Source: Rhizophagus irregularis (lineage: Eukaryota). Taken from it: a stretch of 64,000 nt of DNA. Positions 1-14,362 of this stretch are shown here, one piece after another. The stretch lies in contig NC_089431.1 in assembly GCF_026210795.1 (NCBI RefSeq), positions 1,860,001 to 1,924,000 on the forward strand. Reading direction: 5' to 3'. The notes under the pieces are model-generated. The model had not been told where the DNA came from. It made no database searches and saw nothing but the letters and a program-made list of their open reading frames with translations. Made by a program: the position numbers and the translations under genes. Every line of letters starts with the position of its first letter. The stretch's first letter is position 1.

Positions 1-3000
1 CACATCCATACACCCACACACCACAACAAAAAAGTCAATCCGTTTTTTATATTCTATCTTTTTTCCGTCATATTTCCAGAATTAATAACCTTATATCACG
101 GAATTTATCGAATTATTTTCATTTTCCGTGAATGAATCCGTGAAAGGCTCATTTTTGCGAAGTTTTTACAGAAATAACGGATAAAATTTTTTATATGGCA
201 AAAAAAGGTATTGGGATGTAATTTTTATATAATTATATTGAGATCGCAAGATTAAGTTACATATCGTGAATAATTTTTTCCGCATGAATAATACATAAAT
301 GACTATGTAATAAAATCTAGATAACGGACTTGAAAATCTCTAATGTAAATCTATTCTCTCAATATTTGTCAATGTCATTTATTACATATTTTTAATAAAA
401 TGGCGGAAATAAATATTTTTTCAAGAAATTTTCAAAATTTCACCCTGCAACAAATTTACATTCCGGAAGTAATTAGTATTGTTACACAACCAAAGCCACC
501 CATTATTTTAACCGATTACCAATCATTATTAGCGTAAAACGCGTAATAATCTTTACATCTTTACATTAATAGCAAGTGATTTTCCCCATGATTAGAATTT
601 TCTTAAACTCTTTTTCCCGCTAAACCTTTTTCACTAGAAAATCAATAAACCTTTTTTCCCTTATTAAAAGAATTTTTTTTTTTGTTTTCTATTAACACTT
701 ATAACAACTTTTTAAACTCTATTTAAATATAGTATTATTCAAAGTCCGAAATGTTAAAATTTGTTTATTAGCAAAAGCTTTGGAAAGTTTTTCTCTGAGG
801 TGAATAGTTTATTATAAGTGTGGTGCGTCCGTGACGATAATATGAGCAGTTATTTAATGTATTTCCATTTTTTTTTCAGTAATAGCGAATTTAAAAATTA
901 CTTATTTAGAACCTCATCTAAATATAACTATTTATAATGAGCTTTTATTATCTTGGTAAGTGGAACTGATTAGTGTGCTATTTATCCTCCTCTTCAAATA
1001 GTCTGGTTAACTTAATGAGAACAAAAAACAAATTACAAATATCTCAAGCTATGTCGCAGACTTCTGTACGTGGGGCCCTTCCCTTTGGTGGTGGGTTTCA
1101 TGTCTTATTATCACATTACCTCTGCACGTTGTAGTGGGCATGGAAGCTTGAATTTGTTACTTAGACTCTTAGAGTACCGAGTCTTCTAACTATTTTATTG
1201 TATATTTTTATATTTTTAGATTCTATTCTTATCTGGTAATCAATTTTTATTTCTGATAAAACAACTTTATTGATTATAAAAGATAAAATAATAAGGTAAA
1301 GTTATTTATTTATGTTCAAAAAGAATTTATATATTCCATTTAAAGAAATTTAAGACATTTAAATAATAAATTTAAATTTGACGTATCACGCCTTTAAATT
1401 TATTGTATGATATCAATACCATATCCATTTTTTCTACTGTGTAATTAGCCGTCAATTGAAATCATCAATTATTTTATAACTCCAGCTCACCACTACGCTA
1501 AAAGCCAATTATACTACAATTTACCAATGATACGCTACCGAATTATCCAAGACTTTAACCTTAATTGGTGACGGGTTGTTGTACTAAAATACTGATTTGT
1601 TTTATACTGGTCTTGAAAAGATCAATTTTATCATTTGGTTCAAAGGCTTACCCTCAAGATCTTTTTCTATTCAATTTGGCCGTAAGATCTGCTTTCAAGT
1701 TTATTGTAATTATATTTATTATAATCTGTTGTTGGTTTTATGATAAAATATAGCAAATAATATATAAGATACTTCTCAAAATTTCATCAGCAGTAAATAA
1801 TTGCACAAAGAATTACGAGTATGTAAAAGTGCACGTATTTATAAAGATTGGTCGTACGATTGATCGTATTTTGGGAAAATCAAATACGAAATGTTGCCGC
1901 TCTAGTTATTATTTACATCTATGTATAATATCGATTTCTCTCTCCAAAAAATTTCGGAAAGTATCAACTTTGATATCCCACAGACCACGATGCGTTGGAA
2001 CCGTTCTGTGTTGTGAACCTACTTTGATCGATGCTTGGAAAGTAGGTAACATACTCCTGCTAAGATCAGCTTAGCATTCAAGAAATCATTCAATCACTAT
2101 TTTAATTATGGATGATGTTATGCAATATGGTTAGATCGTTCTCAACTCTCAAGTAATCAGTACAGCGTTCATGATGCAATTATTATATCATGCTACATGA
2201 TCGGAGCTATGATATGGGAAATAAAAATTATTATTTGAAATTGTTAATCTGCAAGATTAACATTAAATGATCCTATAATTGACCATGAGGCTATTATATT
2301 CACAAAGGTTAGGTTACAATGCGATGTCACGAGCTAAGAAAAATTTGACGATTCACCTGGGTATTTTATTATATCCAAAATTGAACTTGAGTTTAGATAA
2401 TTTAGTGTTTACCATCACATGATTTTTTTAACTTCTTTATTTTTAAAAAATGCTTCATTTCAGGAATTTTTTTGGCATTTTACTTCTCGATCAGAAATCT
2501 GTGTAATGTTTCTCACGTGAATGACATAATGTAAAAAATATTGTTGATCCAATTTAAATGACGGTTTTTATTTCGAAACTATAACCGGAATCATTATTAG
2601 AAAAAAAAAAAAAAAAAAGATCTTTTCCATTTTAACATAAATATCTAAACAAAAATATACAATCATAAAGAATTTCTTTTTTTATATTTATTTGCGATAA
2701 TCTTTTTTAAATATGAACATATGAAATCTTGCTTGAAAAAAAAAGAGATTTTTTAATTTTTTTTTTGTATCATGTAACATTTGATATTTGTAACGTAACA
2801 TTTGTAACGTAACATTTGTAACATTATTTTCATTATCTCCGGAGTAAAAAAAAAACTGTAAAAAAAAAGGTTAAAAATAATATAAATATATATATTTTTA
2901 TATTGGTTTAAAATACGAATTTTTTTTTTTTTTTTTTTTTTAATAATGTACAATGATTTTATGACTAATTTAACCGAAATCTTTGTTTATTTTTAAATAG

Positions 3001-3378
3001 AGATAGATTGATTTCGATAAAAAGATCTATCACATCAAATTACTTAAAATATATTAATGTGGGAATAAAAATTCTTAATGGTCATGTGAAAATACCATGT
3101 TACTTAATTGTTGAAAAATTCCTAATGAACCCATTTTCCAGGGTTTAGGTCTTAACCATGATCAATATTACTAAAATTAGAAATTATTAATACGATCATT
3201 TCCATTTAAATTGTTTTGATGTTTGTTTGCATTTATACTCAGTTTCACAATCAAAACTTTAACCGAAAAGCATTTATTCTACAAAATACATAAAATACGT
3301 AACAGGGACAATAATTTCCCACTTTTAATCGTTTAATTAAAAAAAAAAAAAAATCATTTTTAATAAATAATTTTTAAA

Positions 3379-6300
3379 ATGAATAATTCTCCAAGCGAAT
3401 TTGATTATCACAAAGCAATATTGTCATCTATAAAACGACTTAACAATGCTACCAAGAACTTTCCAGGTCGTATAAATCCGGATGACGTGTTTGTTACGAA
3501 CGACCAACGATATTACATGTACGAAATTGTAAAGACTGATCCGGAGTCACTTAATAATACAATCCGTCAATTCATTCATTTCATAAATGACATTAAGTTG
3601 ACAGGAGAAATAAATATTTCACAATTACATGAAATGTTTACGGAAAATTTGATTAGGGCTTATTCTAATCTACCAGGAGGTAGTGACGATGATGATGAAT
3701 GGCTTAGTCAAAATAGTGGAACTTTTTTACCTTCTCCACCAATATTTTCATCCCAAAAATCATTAACTTCTCCAAAATCAAAAAATTTATTAACCTCACG
3801 CCCAAAAATTGAACCGAAGATTGAAAATCCTTGGGTCACACAATATTACACGTCAACGGAATTGCCAAAAGAATACAAAAATTATATCGGAGGAATAACA
3901 TTCTTAGGTATATATGAGATCACCCGTATTTTAAAACCCTTTGGTCCAATTGAACCATCGGGCAAGTTCTGGAACAAAATAGTAGCTGGCTCAGCGATTC
4001 ATGAGGTTCTTTATGAAGAATGTAAACTATATTTTGAAAAAGACCCAAACTTTTACGCTGAAATGACACAAATAATAAATAGAAATCTTTCACGTGTTTG
4101 GACTCTGAGTTCAAAGGAATTTTCTTCAGTTGGTCCTAGGTCTCATATATTATTTTCGGGAGAAGTAGACATTAAAGATCGTCGGCTGGTTTTAACATTA
4201 CTTCCTCCGAAGATTGGTATATCGAAGAGATATTATAGGATGTTTTCATCCGAAAGATTCCTTCATTTAAAGATTATTGCGGATATAAACTCTTTAGACA
4301 ACAAACAAAAGTCTAATTTGAAAAGATCATTACTACAACCTTTATCGTTGGCAGGGAGAACTTATGAATTCTTATATGCAAAATCTGATACATTATACTA
4401 TTTTGCAACGAGAGGATTAGACATCATTAAAAATATTTCAATTAAAGAGGTAATCGATTATAACTTACCTATAGACATTAATAAGAGTGATACTACAGCG
4501 AAGTTTTATTCACGAATATCACTTGGATTTTCAAATTCGACGTCCACGGTAATTTTCGAACCTAATGAAATCCTATACGATGAGGAGGATATTAAAAACG
4601 ACCAGCATTGTTTCACTGATGGATGCTCAGCGATATCTTTAGCCGCCATGAGGGAAGCAGCCAAAATTTTAGGTTTTGAAGAAACACCCTCCGTTCTTCA
4701 AGGTAGAATTGGAGGGGCAAAGGGTGTTTGGTATATCGAACCTAAAAGAGATATTAGTGGCAAAAAATGGATCAAGTTACGAAAGTCTCAAACAAAGTAC
4801 AATTTAAGAAATATAAGAGACGAAGTTCATCTGCGAACTCTAGAAGTTTTACATGTTGCTTTACCACCGAAAAATCCAGCCTCACTGAATAGTCAGTTTA
4901 TTCGAGTTTTGATCGAAGGTGGGGTTCATGTGGAAGTTTTCCTTGATATAGTGAGAAATCACATAAAAAATGTTAAATCTCAAGTGGTGGATTGTGATGA
5001 TCCTCATTCTTTAATAACCTGGGTGATGAGCGTTTCAAATATCATGACCAAGAGAATGGAAATGTATAATAATGATACTGATGATATATTTGGCAGCGGA
5101 GATGCTATATCTGGATTTCCAAATAGTCCATCTGAACAATGTATTCAGTTATTACAAGCGGGATTTACTCCTTCTACATGTCCTTTTTTAGCAAAAAAGT
5201 TGAAGTGTGTACTCTCGTATGTATTAAAGTCCCATTTTAGTAAACTGCGAATTGATGTGCCATTATCACGGACTTTGATATGTATTGCCGATCCAACTGG
5301 AACATTAAACCCGGGAGAAATTTTCATTCAATTGGATAAGGAAGCAGGACGTGATGAACGTACCGGATTACCATTTGGCATTATAGAGGATGAAGTAATA
5401 ATAGCAAGAAATCCATCCAATTTACCTTCTGATATTGTCAGAGTTAAAGCCGTTAAAAATGTACATTTAAGCATATACTATAACGTCGTTGTATTCCCTA
5501 TAAAAGGTAATATTCCATTAGCATCTTATTTAAGTGGTGGAGATTATGATGGAGACAAAGTAAGTATATATATCTCTTTTATTCTATTAAAAAAAATAAA
5601 AATAAAACAAAAGTTCGTAATTAATATAAAATTTTCTATACATAGATCTTTTGTTGCTGGGAACCACAAATTGTTCAGAATTTTAAAAATTCACCCGTGT
5701 TACCAATCGATCCAAGTGTCGAAAATGCCTTCACAGTAGACAAAAAGACTGTGGATGAATTACTATCATCTACAACACCCGATAAAATCGAGATCAAGTT
5801 ACAAGAAGTAATTTTAGATACTTATTTTAAGGACTTGGAACCTACGTTAGGTCTATATGATCGATGGCACAGACTTCAATCATCAAAATATGGACTTTCT
5901 AATAAATCGTCTATCTATCTCGCCCAAATGTGCGCAAAACTTGTTGATGCTACTAAACAAGGGCTTAATATCAAGCCAAACGTTCTACAGTATGATAGTG
6001 AGTTTGGTAACCTTCCTGTTCCTTATTGGATGGACAAGAACAAGGACAGTAAAAGTCGAAACAGAGAATCTCATTTAGGAGTGATGGATTTACTATGCAA
6101 GTCTATCGAAAATGAGATGAAAGAAATCAATAGCAAAGATTTCTTAATAGCCAAGATGACAAAGGACCCGGATCCTCACATTAAAGAGTTTTGGTTTAAT
6201 GAGCTAACTAGGGCCGAACAAATGAATAGAGAAGAAGGGTTAGCGTATAAAGAAGATCTGGATCTAATTTATAAAAAGTCTTTTGAAATGATTTCTTTAT

Positions 6301-6764
6301 ATAATAGTAATTATTATGAAATTTTCAATGATGATTTGGAACGAAAAGATTTTCCTTTTGGACAAGCAACACAAACGACCAAATCGACAAGTTCATCTTC
6401 CAAATCCAAGATGAATGATAAGTTTAAAGGAGTAGATTATGAATTTATACTTAAATTTCTAAACACTCCATCAGTCGATAAATACAAAAGTAATATTTTT
6501 AAATATTTAAAAGATAGAGGTCCATTGACTCCCGATAACCTAGATCCACTATCTATGTTTGAGCTACAATTAAAAGCTGCAGCACTTCATCTAGCTTCTA
6601 TTGGGAAAAAACCTACCGGACAAGGTTGTTGGGTCATTGCATTTCGGATACTATGTAATATCAAATCTCAGATGATAGACAGATTTGTAGTTGGAGGACC
6701 AAGGACTATTATTGAAGAAGTATGGCAGTCGATGAAGGTCGACAAAAAATGGGTGAATCACTAG
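3379..6764 (+). CDS. Eukaryotic RNA-dependent RNA polymerase (RNAi pathway, QDE-1-like); 2 exons 3379-5559 and 5646-6764, ~1099 aa
   Basis: RdRP motifs FTDGC, QGRIGGAKG, ADPTGTL.PGEIFIQ, ARNPS..P.D and the catalytic SGGDYDGD. The intron GTAAGT(5560)..CATAG(5645) joins the two ORF-track frames to give DGDK|IFCCWEP. Confidence 0.95.
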
Positions 6765-7481
6765 GAATTTTTTTGTACTATATTAGATACTGTTGGATCA
6801 ATATTAATTGTATGAATCGTTGATAATTCAGTGTTTATGGGTATAAGGGAATTAGAGTACCAAGTATAATAATAATAGTAAAGAAATTCCTTGTATCTTT
6901 TAGCTTCATTATTTTCTGTTAATGTTGTTAATGTCAACTAGATCTTCCATCAACACAAAGACTGGTTAATGTAAATTCGATTTAATTAAGTATTAGGAAT
7001 GTAAATAATATAAAACAATTTTTTTTTTACAATTTATAACAACATAATACATAATGTTTATTATCTCTTTTTAAAAAAAAGAGGGGGAGAGAAGAATTTT
7101 TAGTGAAAAAGTATTATATACATTATAAGAATTTATTTTTAGAAGATTTAACTAAAGTTTGTTTAATTTTATAAATTATGTACGATAGTAATTTCAAACA
7201 GTTACAAATAAACTTATAATATTTTTCATTTCGTTTGCCCACAAAGTGTTCAAAGTGTTCAAAGTGTTCAAAGTGTAACTTCGTTGACACATGTACTATT
7301 GTACTTGTACGCGTTATTAGATCTCTTTTGCACGTGACAGTCGCGACAAAAAAAATTTTTTTTAAAAAAAAAAGAGTCGACTATATATTCGTATAATATG
7401 CTTGTAATTATTTATTTATGATAATAAATTAATCAATTCTAAAAATATCTTTTCCATAATTATTCTCAATCTATTTTTTTT

Positions 7482-10307
7482 TCACAATTTTGATCTATTA
7501 ATTCCTTTCAAATATTCTTTACTATAAATGTCTTTTAAAACTTCATTGTATCCTATATATTCACCTTTTTCTTGAGCCAAATTTGAAGGATCTAATTTTG
7601 CCCAATTATATAAAGCTTCATAAACATTACCATCATATCTACCTAAAGCGCTATTTAACATATTATCACTAAATTCCCATGAATCAACTAAACCTATAGC
7701 ATCAGGTCTGATTGTTTTTAAACAATTTTTGATACCTAATTCAAAAATTTTAATATGATTAGAATTAAAATAATTATCTAATAAAAATTCTCCTGAATAT
7801 TTTATAATATAATTAGAAAAAAATAAATTAATCAAAACTCTTAATATAGGATAAATATTTGAATAAGTTGTTTTAATCGATTCAAGACCTTCATTCGCTG
7901 ATGTTATTGTAATTGTGTAACAATACGCTCTTGATACGTTAATTATATCAATCATATAATCTGATTTTGCTCCTTCATACCCTTGTGGATGATTTTTTGA
8001 AGATTCTTCAAGATTTGAAATAAGTTTTGCGAGAATTCGTGTGTGATAATGGGTGAGAGCTTTAATTTGTTCATTGGGATCAGTTAATTCTTCCCATGTA
8101 GTTGCACTACTACGTTCTGAAAGTATCCTTGAATAATCTTTAAGATAAAAGAGAGTTGCAGGAGTCGGCCTACCGTTTTTGGCATTTTCAAATGCTTTAA
8201 TTAGATAACGCCCTGTTTGAAGTTGAAGAATAGTGTTGTCACCTAAGGAAAGTATTAATAGGTTAACGGATTTCAAAACATCTTGAAAATAATGAGCTCA
8301 CATAAATAGATTTTGTATATTACCTTCGACTATAGGACTTTGAGCATAATCATCTACAATGGATGGAATGCTAAAAAAAAGAACAAAAAATTTGAACTGA
8401 TGCCCCATATCTCCCAAAGAAAAAATTGTTATAATTTATATCTATATCATTCTTACCCACTAGAACGTAAATATCCATGACCTTGATCATAAGAAAAATA
8501 ATTATCAAATTTAGATTACATTGTAACCGATAGAGTAAAACTACGCGTACTACGCGTGATATGTAAAGAACAACTTACCACCACAAGCGAGGATTATGTC
8601 ATTCAAGGATTCCATAACCAAATCAGTGCAAAGTGCTTTTAATCCCTAAATAAATAAATAAATCATCATTAGTTTACACTCTACATATATATCGTAAAAT
8701 CTCAAAAAAAAAAAAAGCTTATGTACCGAGGAAATAGAATGAATATCTGCCATTAAGCTAACATCACCTTCACTAATTTTCTTCTCATTAATTTCATTTA
8801 AATCTTTCATCCATTTACCAACAAAAAGTAAAGTATAAACAATAGATAGGCTGTTAAATAGACGATATTGTAGGAATTGATAATCCAAAACTATTGATTC
8901 ATTATGGTTATTTGTTGTATCATTTCCTTGTTTTCTTACGAGAGAATAACGTATGGCGATACATAAAGCTTTTGCCAAAGCAAAGGATGATCGTTCAACC
9001 AAATATATTCTAGCAGTTACTAAAGTTCCATAAACTACTTTTGCATGTGAAGGGGTCGAATATTTTCCATCTCTTGATACTTTAGAAAATTTCATACACA
9101 TTTGATCGCGTGGAATTCTCACATGAGTAAATCGAAGAAATCCTAAATAAATGAATTTAACGAGTTAAATATTATTACAAATAATAAAAATCCTTGACAA
9201 TATTAAAATGATAGGTACCATTATCGATGTTATTAAAACCAAATTTTGGACCAATATCACCAACATCGATTCCTGGCAAAGGCTTATGATTCTCTCCACG
9301 CAATTGTACAACGAATGAATGAACTCCATAATCTTTACCATCAATTATTAAACGAGCAAATATAACTGCATGTGTACTAGTTCTTGCAAGACCACCAGGC
9401 CACCTAATTATTGATAATAAATAATAAATAAATACATCTATCTATATATTTAAAACCAAGAAAGACAAACAACTCACCATTTAGTTGACGTCAATGTTGG
9501 AGAATGAATTTCAAATTCATCCTGAATAATTTGAAAATCCAATTAATTAAATCAAACTTTTTTTCAAGTTAATTAATAGTAAAACGAGGGCTTACAGTTT
9601 CATGGATATAAGTTGCAGTCGTTTCTAACCTTCTAACGTTGGATCCATGTCCCAATTCGGTCTGTGCATAACTAACGAAAATTTATACACGTATTATAAA
9701 TCAAATAAATATTGAACAAAAATTATCATCAAAATTATAAATACCATCCAAAAATCGCGTAATCCTTAGCCAAAGGTATCCATTTCTCCAATTGTTCATG
9801 AGACATTTGACCTTCAAGAGTTGGAATAAATAAAACATCATGCTATATTATTTGTATAAAAAAAAATGTTTTAATATACGACAAACAACAAAAATAAAAA
9901 AAATAAATTAATTAATTCTCGTTACCAAAATAGGAAGCATGGGTTCACCAGTTGATAGCAAAAGAAAATTCCAATCTTCCCCATCAATATCATGTTGTTT
10001 CTTAATTTGAAATAATTTTTTCATTTTTTCTAAAGATCTAATATAATATTTATCACGTGGAATAAAATGTTTATCTTCATTTTTGAGTACTGGATTTTTA
10101 TTCACATCCAATAATGAAATTAGCCATCTTTTTTTTTCTATAAAGGAAAATTACTTGTTAAAATTATATTATATGGTTGATTATCTTAAGGAAATGTGAT
10201 AGATTACTCGTCTCTTCCGGACCGCCGAAAATGAAGAGAGTTAATTCTTCATTGGGAAATGATACACCCGAACGTTCTTTTAATAAATCTGGATTTACCA
10301 ATGACAT
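7482..10307 (-). CDS. Peroxisomal acyl-CoA oxidase, 10 exons
   Basis: Manual GT-AG splicing gives [12 protein letters not shown]..., [61 protein letters not shown] and catalytic EGDN. The protein ends in the PTS1 signal SKL. It includes a 25-nt micro-exon at 8457-8481. Confidence 0.95.
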
Positions 10308-11303
10308 CTTTAATCATCATAAATTAATAATGAAAATTATTACTTATTTCCGATTATATAAAAAACAGAATAATTGCCAAGTGTGTAGTGAAAATCAATT
10401 TATTATATAAATTAACCTTTGCGAAAAAAAGTTACCTTGAAATAAAATAGAAACGGTTAAGAGAAAGAAAAAGGTTGCATTTATGTAATTTATGTAATCT
10501 GGGAAATTTTTTTGTGGGTACAAGTGACGATCCCTCATGTGCATTTATTATATATGTATATCGGTTATTATAATAGACTAGAATCTTTTTTGTTTAATAT
10601 TATTATTATAATAGACTTTTGTTTAATATTATTATAATAGACTATAATCCTTTTTTGATAATCTTTATTTGTTAAATATTGTTTTATTTTTGTACTAGAC
10701 CGCGAATCTTGATTGTACCTCCCGAGTTTGTATAATAATACTTTATCTGTTATCCTAAAAAAAATTTGAATCAAATTAGTGTAACCGCAGTAAAAAACCC
10801 ATATCCTAATTTTTTCAAATAATAATTTTCACACCGTATTTGCGGGCTACAGTACTTCATCTTCTACCGATTTTATTATTTAATAAATACCTAGGCATAC
10901 GCGTGATAATACCCAATTATAATATAAGTTTATACATTATCTACTAAAAATAAAACCCTCACGCAATGGTGGGGGTATGATCAAAACCTCTGAAATTTGT
11001 ATCATACCCGGTACTATGGCCCCCGTTATACGGTAAATCTTTGGATAGAACTCTATTAAATCATTGGCGGATCGAATTAATACTATAAATTTGAAGTCCA
11101 AGAGCACTCATCATTGCTTGGCTATAATGCTTACAGCATCTCCACTATTGATTACCACTACAACAGGTTAAATTTCAAGTTCTTTATCATAATCAACATA
11201 ATTATTATACTCATCGTCTCTATTGTTACGATTGTAATTGTCGTCTCCTCATTCGTAGTCTCATAATAAATTACAGCTTTATCATCTTTGTCGACTATAT
11301 AAT

Positions 11304-11441
11304 GGGGGTCTTCACAAAAAACGTGATTGAGATTGAGATTGAAATTTAGTATAGAATTTCAATCTTACTAACATATTAAGATTGAAAATTCTATATGAAA
11401 TCTCAATCTCAATCTCAATCACGTTTTTTGTGAAGACCCCC
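11304..11441. mobile_element. 138-bp foldback MITE, PIF/Harbinger (Tourist)-like
   Basis: Near-perfect palindrome GGGGGTCTTCACAAAAAACGTGATTGAGATTGAGATTGA...TCAATCTCAATCTCAATCACGTTTTTTGTGAAGACCCCC, flanked by a 3-bp AAT duplication. Confidence 0.8.
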
Positions 11442-12243
11442 AATATTCACATTTATCAATTCCTTTCTTCAACATTTCGTCCTTCATTACCGCCCAGACA
11501 AACTGCCTACTAACCAGCATTTATTTTGCCGTTTCACTCCCAGATTATTAACTTATTTTTGGTTCTATTACTCCCGATAATTACCGAATTGTTGTTGTAT
11601 AGTTTGAATGCAACTAAGCATTATATATGTACTTTCGTCCGGTTGTACTGGAGTGCAAGAAAATTTAAAATTAAATTTATTAGTTGTGGAACCATTAAAA
11701 GAACGGAAACGACGATATTAATAATGATAAAATGTTTAACAATGAAGAATCAGAAAAAAAGGTAAGTTTAAGGCTATATTTATAATTTTTATAATGATTA
11801 ATAAAATTAATAATAATTTATTATACCGCAAGATTTATAATTATTATTTCGTGTTTTTTTTTATAAATTTTACATTATATTATATTTTCATTAAAATTAA
11901 ATCAAATTCAAATAGGAAGAATTGAATTATTATCATAAAGTTAGGTTTGGCTTGTATTAGTTTATCGGATAAGCCGAATTAATGATAAACGCCTTTCCAC
12001 GAGACTTCAGAAAAGAATTTCATTGATGGTTAGTTCAATGATTCTTTATCAAGTTATATAAAAGAATAAATGGATTCATTTTTTTTTTATGTCAAAGCAC
12101 TCGTGAAGAGGTGTGTGTATACACATTTTTTATTTTACACATATAACATACGCAAGTTAAAAAAAAATAAATTTTTCATTAATACATTGATTAAAAAAAA
12201 GCTATTTTTAGAACATACTGACCACTTTGATAAAACGTTTTCT

Positions 12244-13200
12244 TTATTTCACTCCTTTAATGCGATATGGTCCACCAGAAAAAAACATCCCACTAAGATT
12301 AAGATGGTCATACTGTCCCAACAAGGTTGCAGGGATGTGATATACGATTATAGCAGGTGAGTTCAGAACTCGTTGCCGAGCAAACTCGACCGCATTTTTG
12401 AAGTTGTTGTTGAGATAATAGGACACAGTTCTGCCACCAAAGTCTTGTCTTCTACTACATTCACCAAAATCTATTCCCTCTGTTATGATGTTTTCAGCAC
12501 CCCACAAATTTGTAGTGTGATAAAACAAGGTGGATTCATCAGCCTGTTGGCCAAGTTCCGTCTGAAGTAAGAGTCTAAGCTCATTATCATCGCCATTTAC
12601 AGGCTCCTTATTGACAACATGAATTGGTGTCGGGTGTAATGCATGTTCATAGTTGATAAGTTCATTCAAATTTGCATTATTAATGAAGGAGTTAAATTCA
12701 GATGAAGGTCTGTTAGCAAGCTGTTTAATCCAGTTCTCGACCCAGTACCTAGGTGTTTGTTGTTCAAGATAGTCTTCCGAAACTCCACTAACAATAGCAA
12801 TGGCTGTTTCTATATTAATATCAAAACAACATAATAACCAATCACGTGGTGAGATAAATTCACACCAGAAATTGGCGTCTGATGATGCTGTTTCAGATAC
12901 ATAAGAGAGAAGCCAGTACTCGAGAGTTTGTGTTGATAAAAGTTCCGCCGAAATGGATGAAATCCAGTCAATGAACTTTTCACGTATAAAACCAAACTTC
13001 AATGCTTGATCTGCTAGATCTTTCATAACGTGTTAGATGAGATTCTGCTTAGTTTACACGAAATTTTTCAAAGGAAGTGCAAAGTTTACATACCTTCGCG
13101 GAGCTTACAAAGATCTCTTTTAATCTTTCTTTCATGAAGCACACGTCTACGAAATGCTTGCCAATTGACCATTACCTTTGATTCATGCAAGTAGATCTGG
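12244..13200 (-). pseudogene. Disrupted gene with a C-terminal ADP-ribosyltransferase-fold (DUF3990-like) domain
   Basis: The 260-aa ORF carries FYHTT...IITEGIDF....RQDFGG...YYL...NAVEFA. An upstream exon (GKHFVDVCFMKERLKEIFVSSAK, GTATGT donor) splices in frame but hits TAA at 13033-13035. The C-terminus looks truncated. Confidence 0.6.
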
Positions 13201-14362
13201 AAGTAGATAAGTTTGTTGGAGATCAAAAAGTGTCAAATAATAAAGCCGGATTATTACAAACCATTAGGTGGTCCTTAGATTGACTATGTTGTGTTGATTT
13301 GATACTTGAATGAATTCTTTAAACGATTGACAGAATATATTATTGTAGCGAATTTTAAGAACTTCATTTGTAAATCGATCATACCCTCCACAGAATTGAA
13401 AATAACGAAATCGCCATGGCCAAGTTCTTTATTTTTAGTACAACATTTGAAACTAACGCGCGGTCGGCGATAATATCTATTTTATGTATACTCATGTTAC
13501 TACTATAAAATTCGCTGCCAAACTTATTTATTACGGGCAGCTTTTTACCCCGAATACCCTGGCGTCAACAATAGGGTCATTCATAAAGTTGGTTAACTTC
13601 ATATTATTATCGTAAGCTAGAGGAATATTAACTTTCCACAGCTTGATGTCACCAGCATTCTTGAGCTGGTACAATTATGAAAAGAATATTATGAAAGGTA
13701 AAAATTTTATCTTGAGATCGGGTGACAATATAAGATATTACTATATATATATATATATAATTTTTGTTTTGTCCTTTTGTGACGTATAGTATGTCTTTAT
13801 TATATATTGTAGTGCAATACACATTTTATATTATATTTCATTTTAAAATAAAATTTTTTTTCTCCCACGTAGCTTGCTATAACCTTGATCCAAATAAAAA
13901 TAGGATTGAAATGTATACGTTTCAAACATCATATTTATTTTAAACTGGTTTACATTGCGGTTTGATTCAAACTGCAAATTAATTTACCTGATAAATTATT
14001 AACTGATGAAATAAGTTTTAAATTGTTACAACGTTAAAATGCTACGACGCTAAATTACAACGCTAGATTGCTACAACGTTAAATTACTACGGCGCTACAA
14101 CGCTATTCGTGAACAATTGCTTCATGCTCATCCAAGAATTCTAGAATACGTCACATTTTATCTTTCGGTGACGATAAAATAAAATAATTCAATTAGTTAT
14201 CACACCCATTTTGTCACCTTTATATACAGTATATCACAAAAAAAAAATTTTTTTATTAACGAAAAATACAATAATAACATGAAATATAAAATTTATAAAA
14301 AAAAAAATGTTAATATATATATATATTTATATATATCAAATAATGAATGATTCCGAATTTTT

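Noticed and set aside
1565..2953. Short ORFs at 1565, 1829 and 2753, and similar 60-130-aa ORFs elsewhere (e.g. 47077, 55312, 56458, 63443)
   Set aside because: Mostly non-ATG starts, low-complexity I/F/K/L composition typical of AT-rich non-coding DNA, and no motifs.
14028..14105. Short minisatellites (also 2785-2825, 7243-7276, 10570-10700)
   Set aside because: Ordinary slippage repeats with no further structure.
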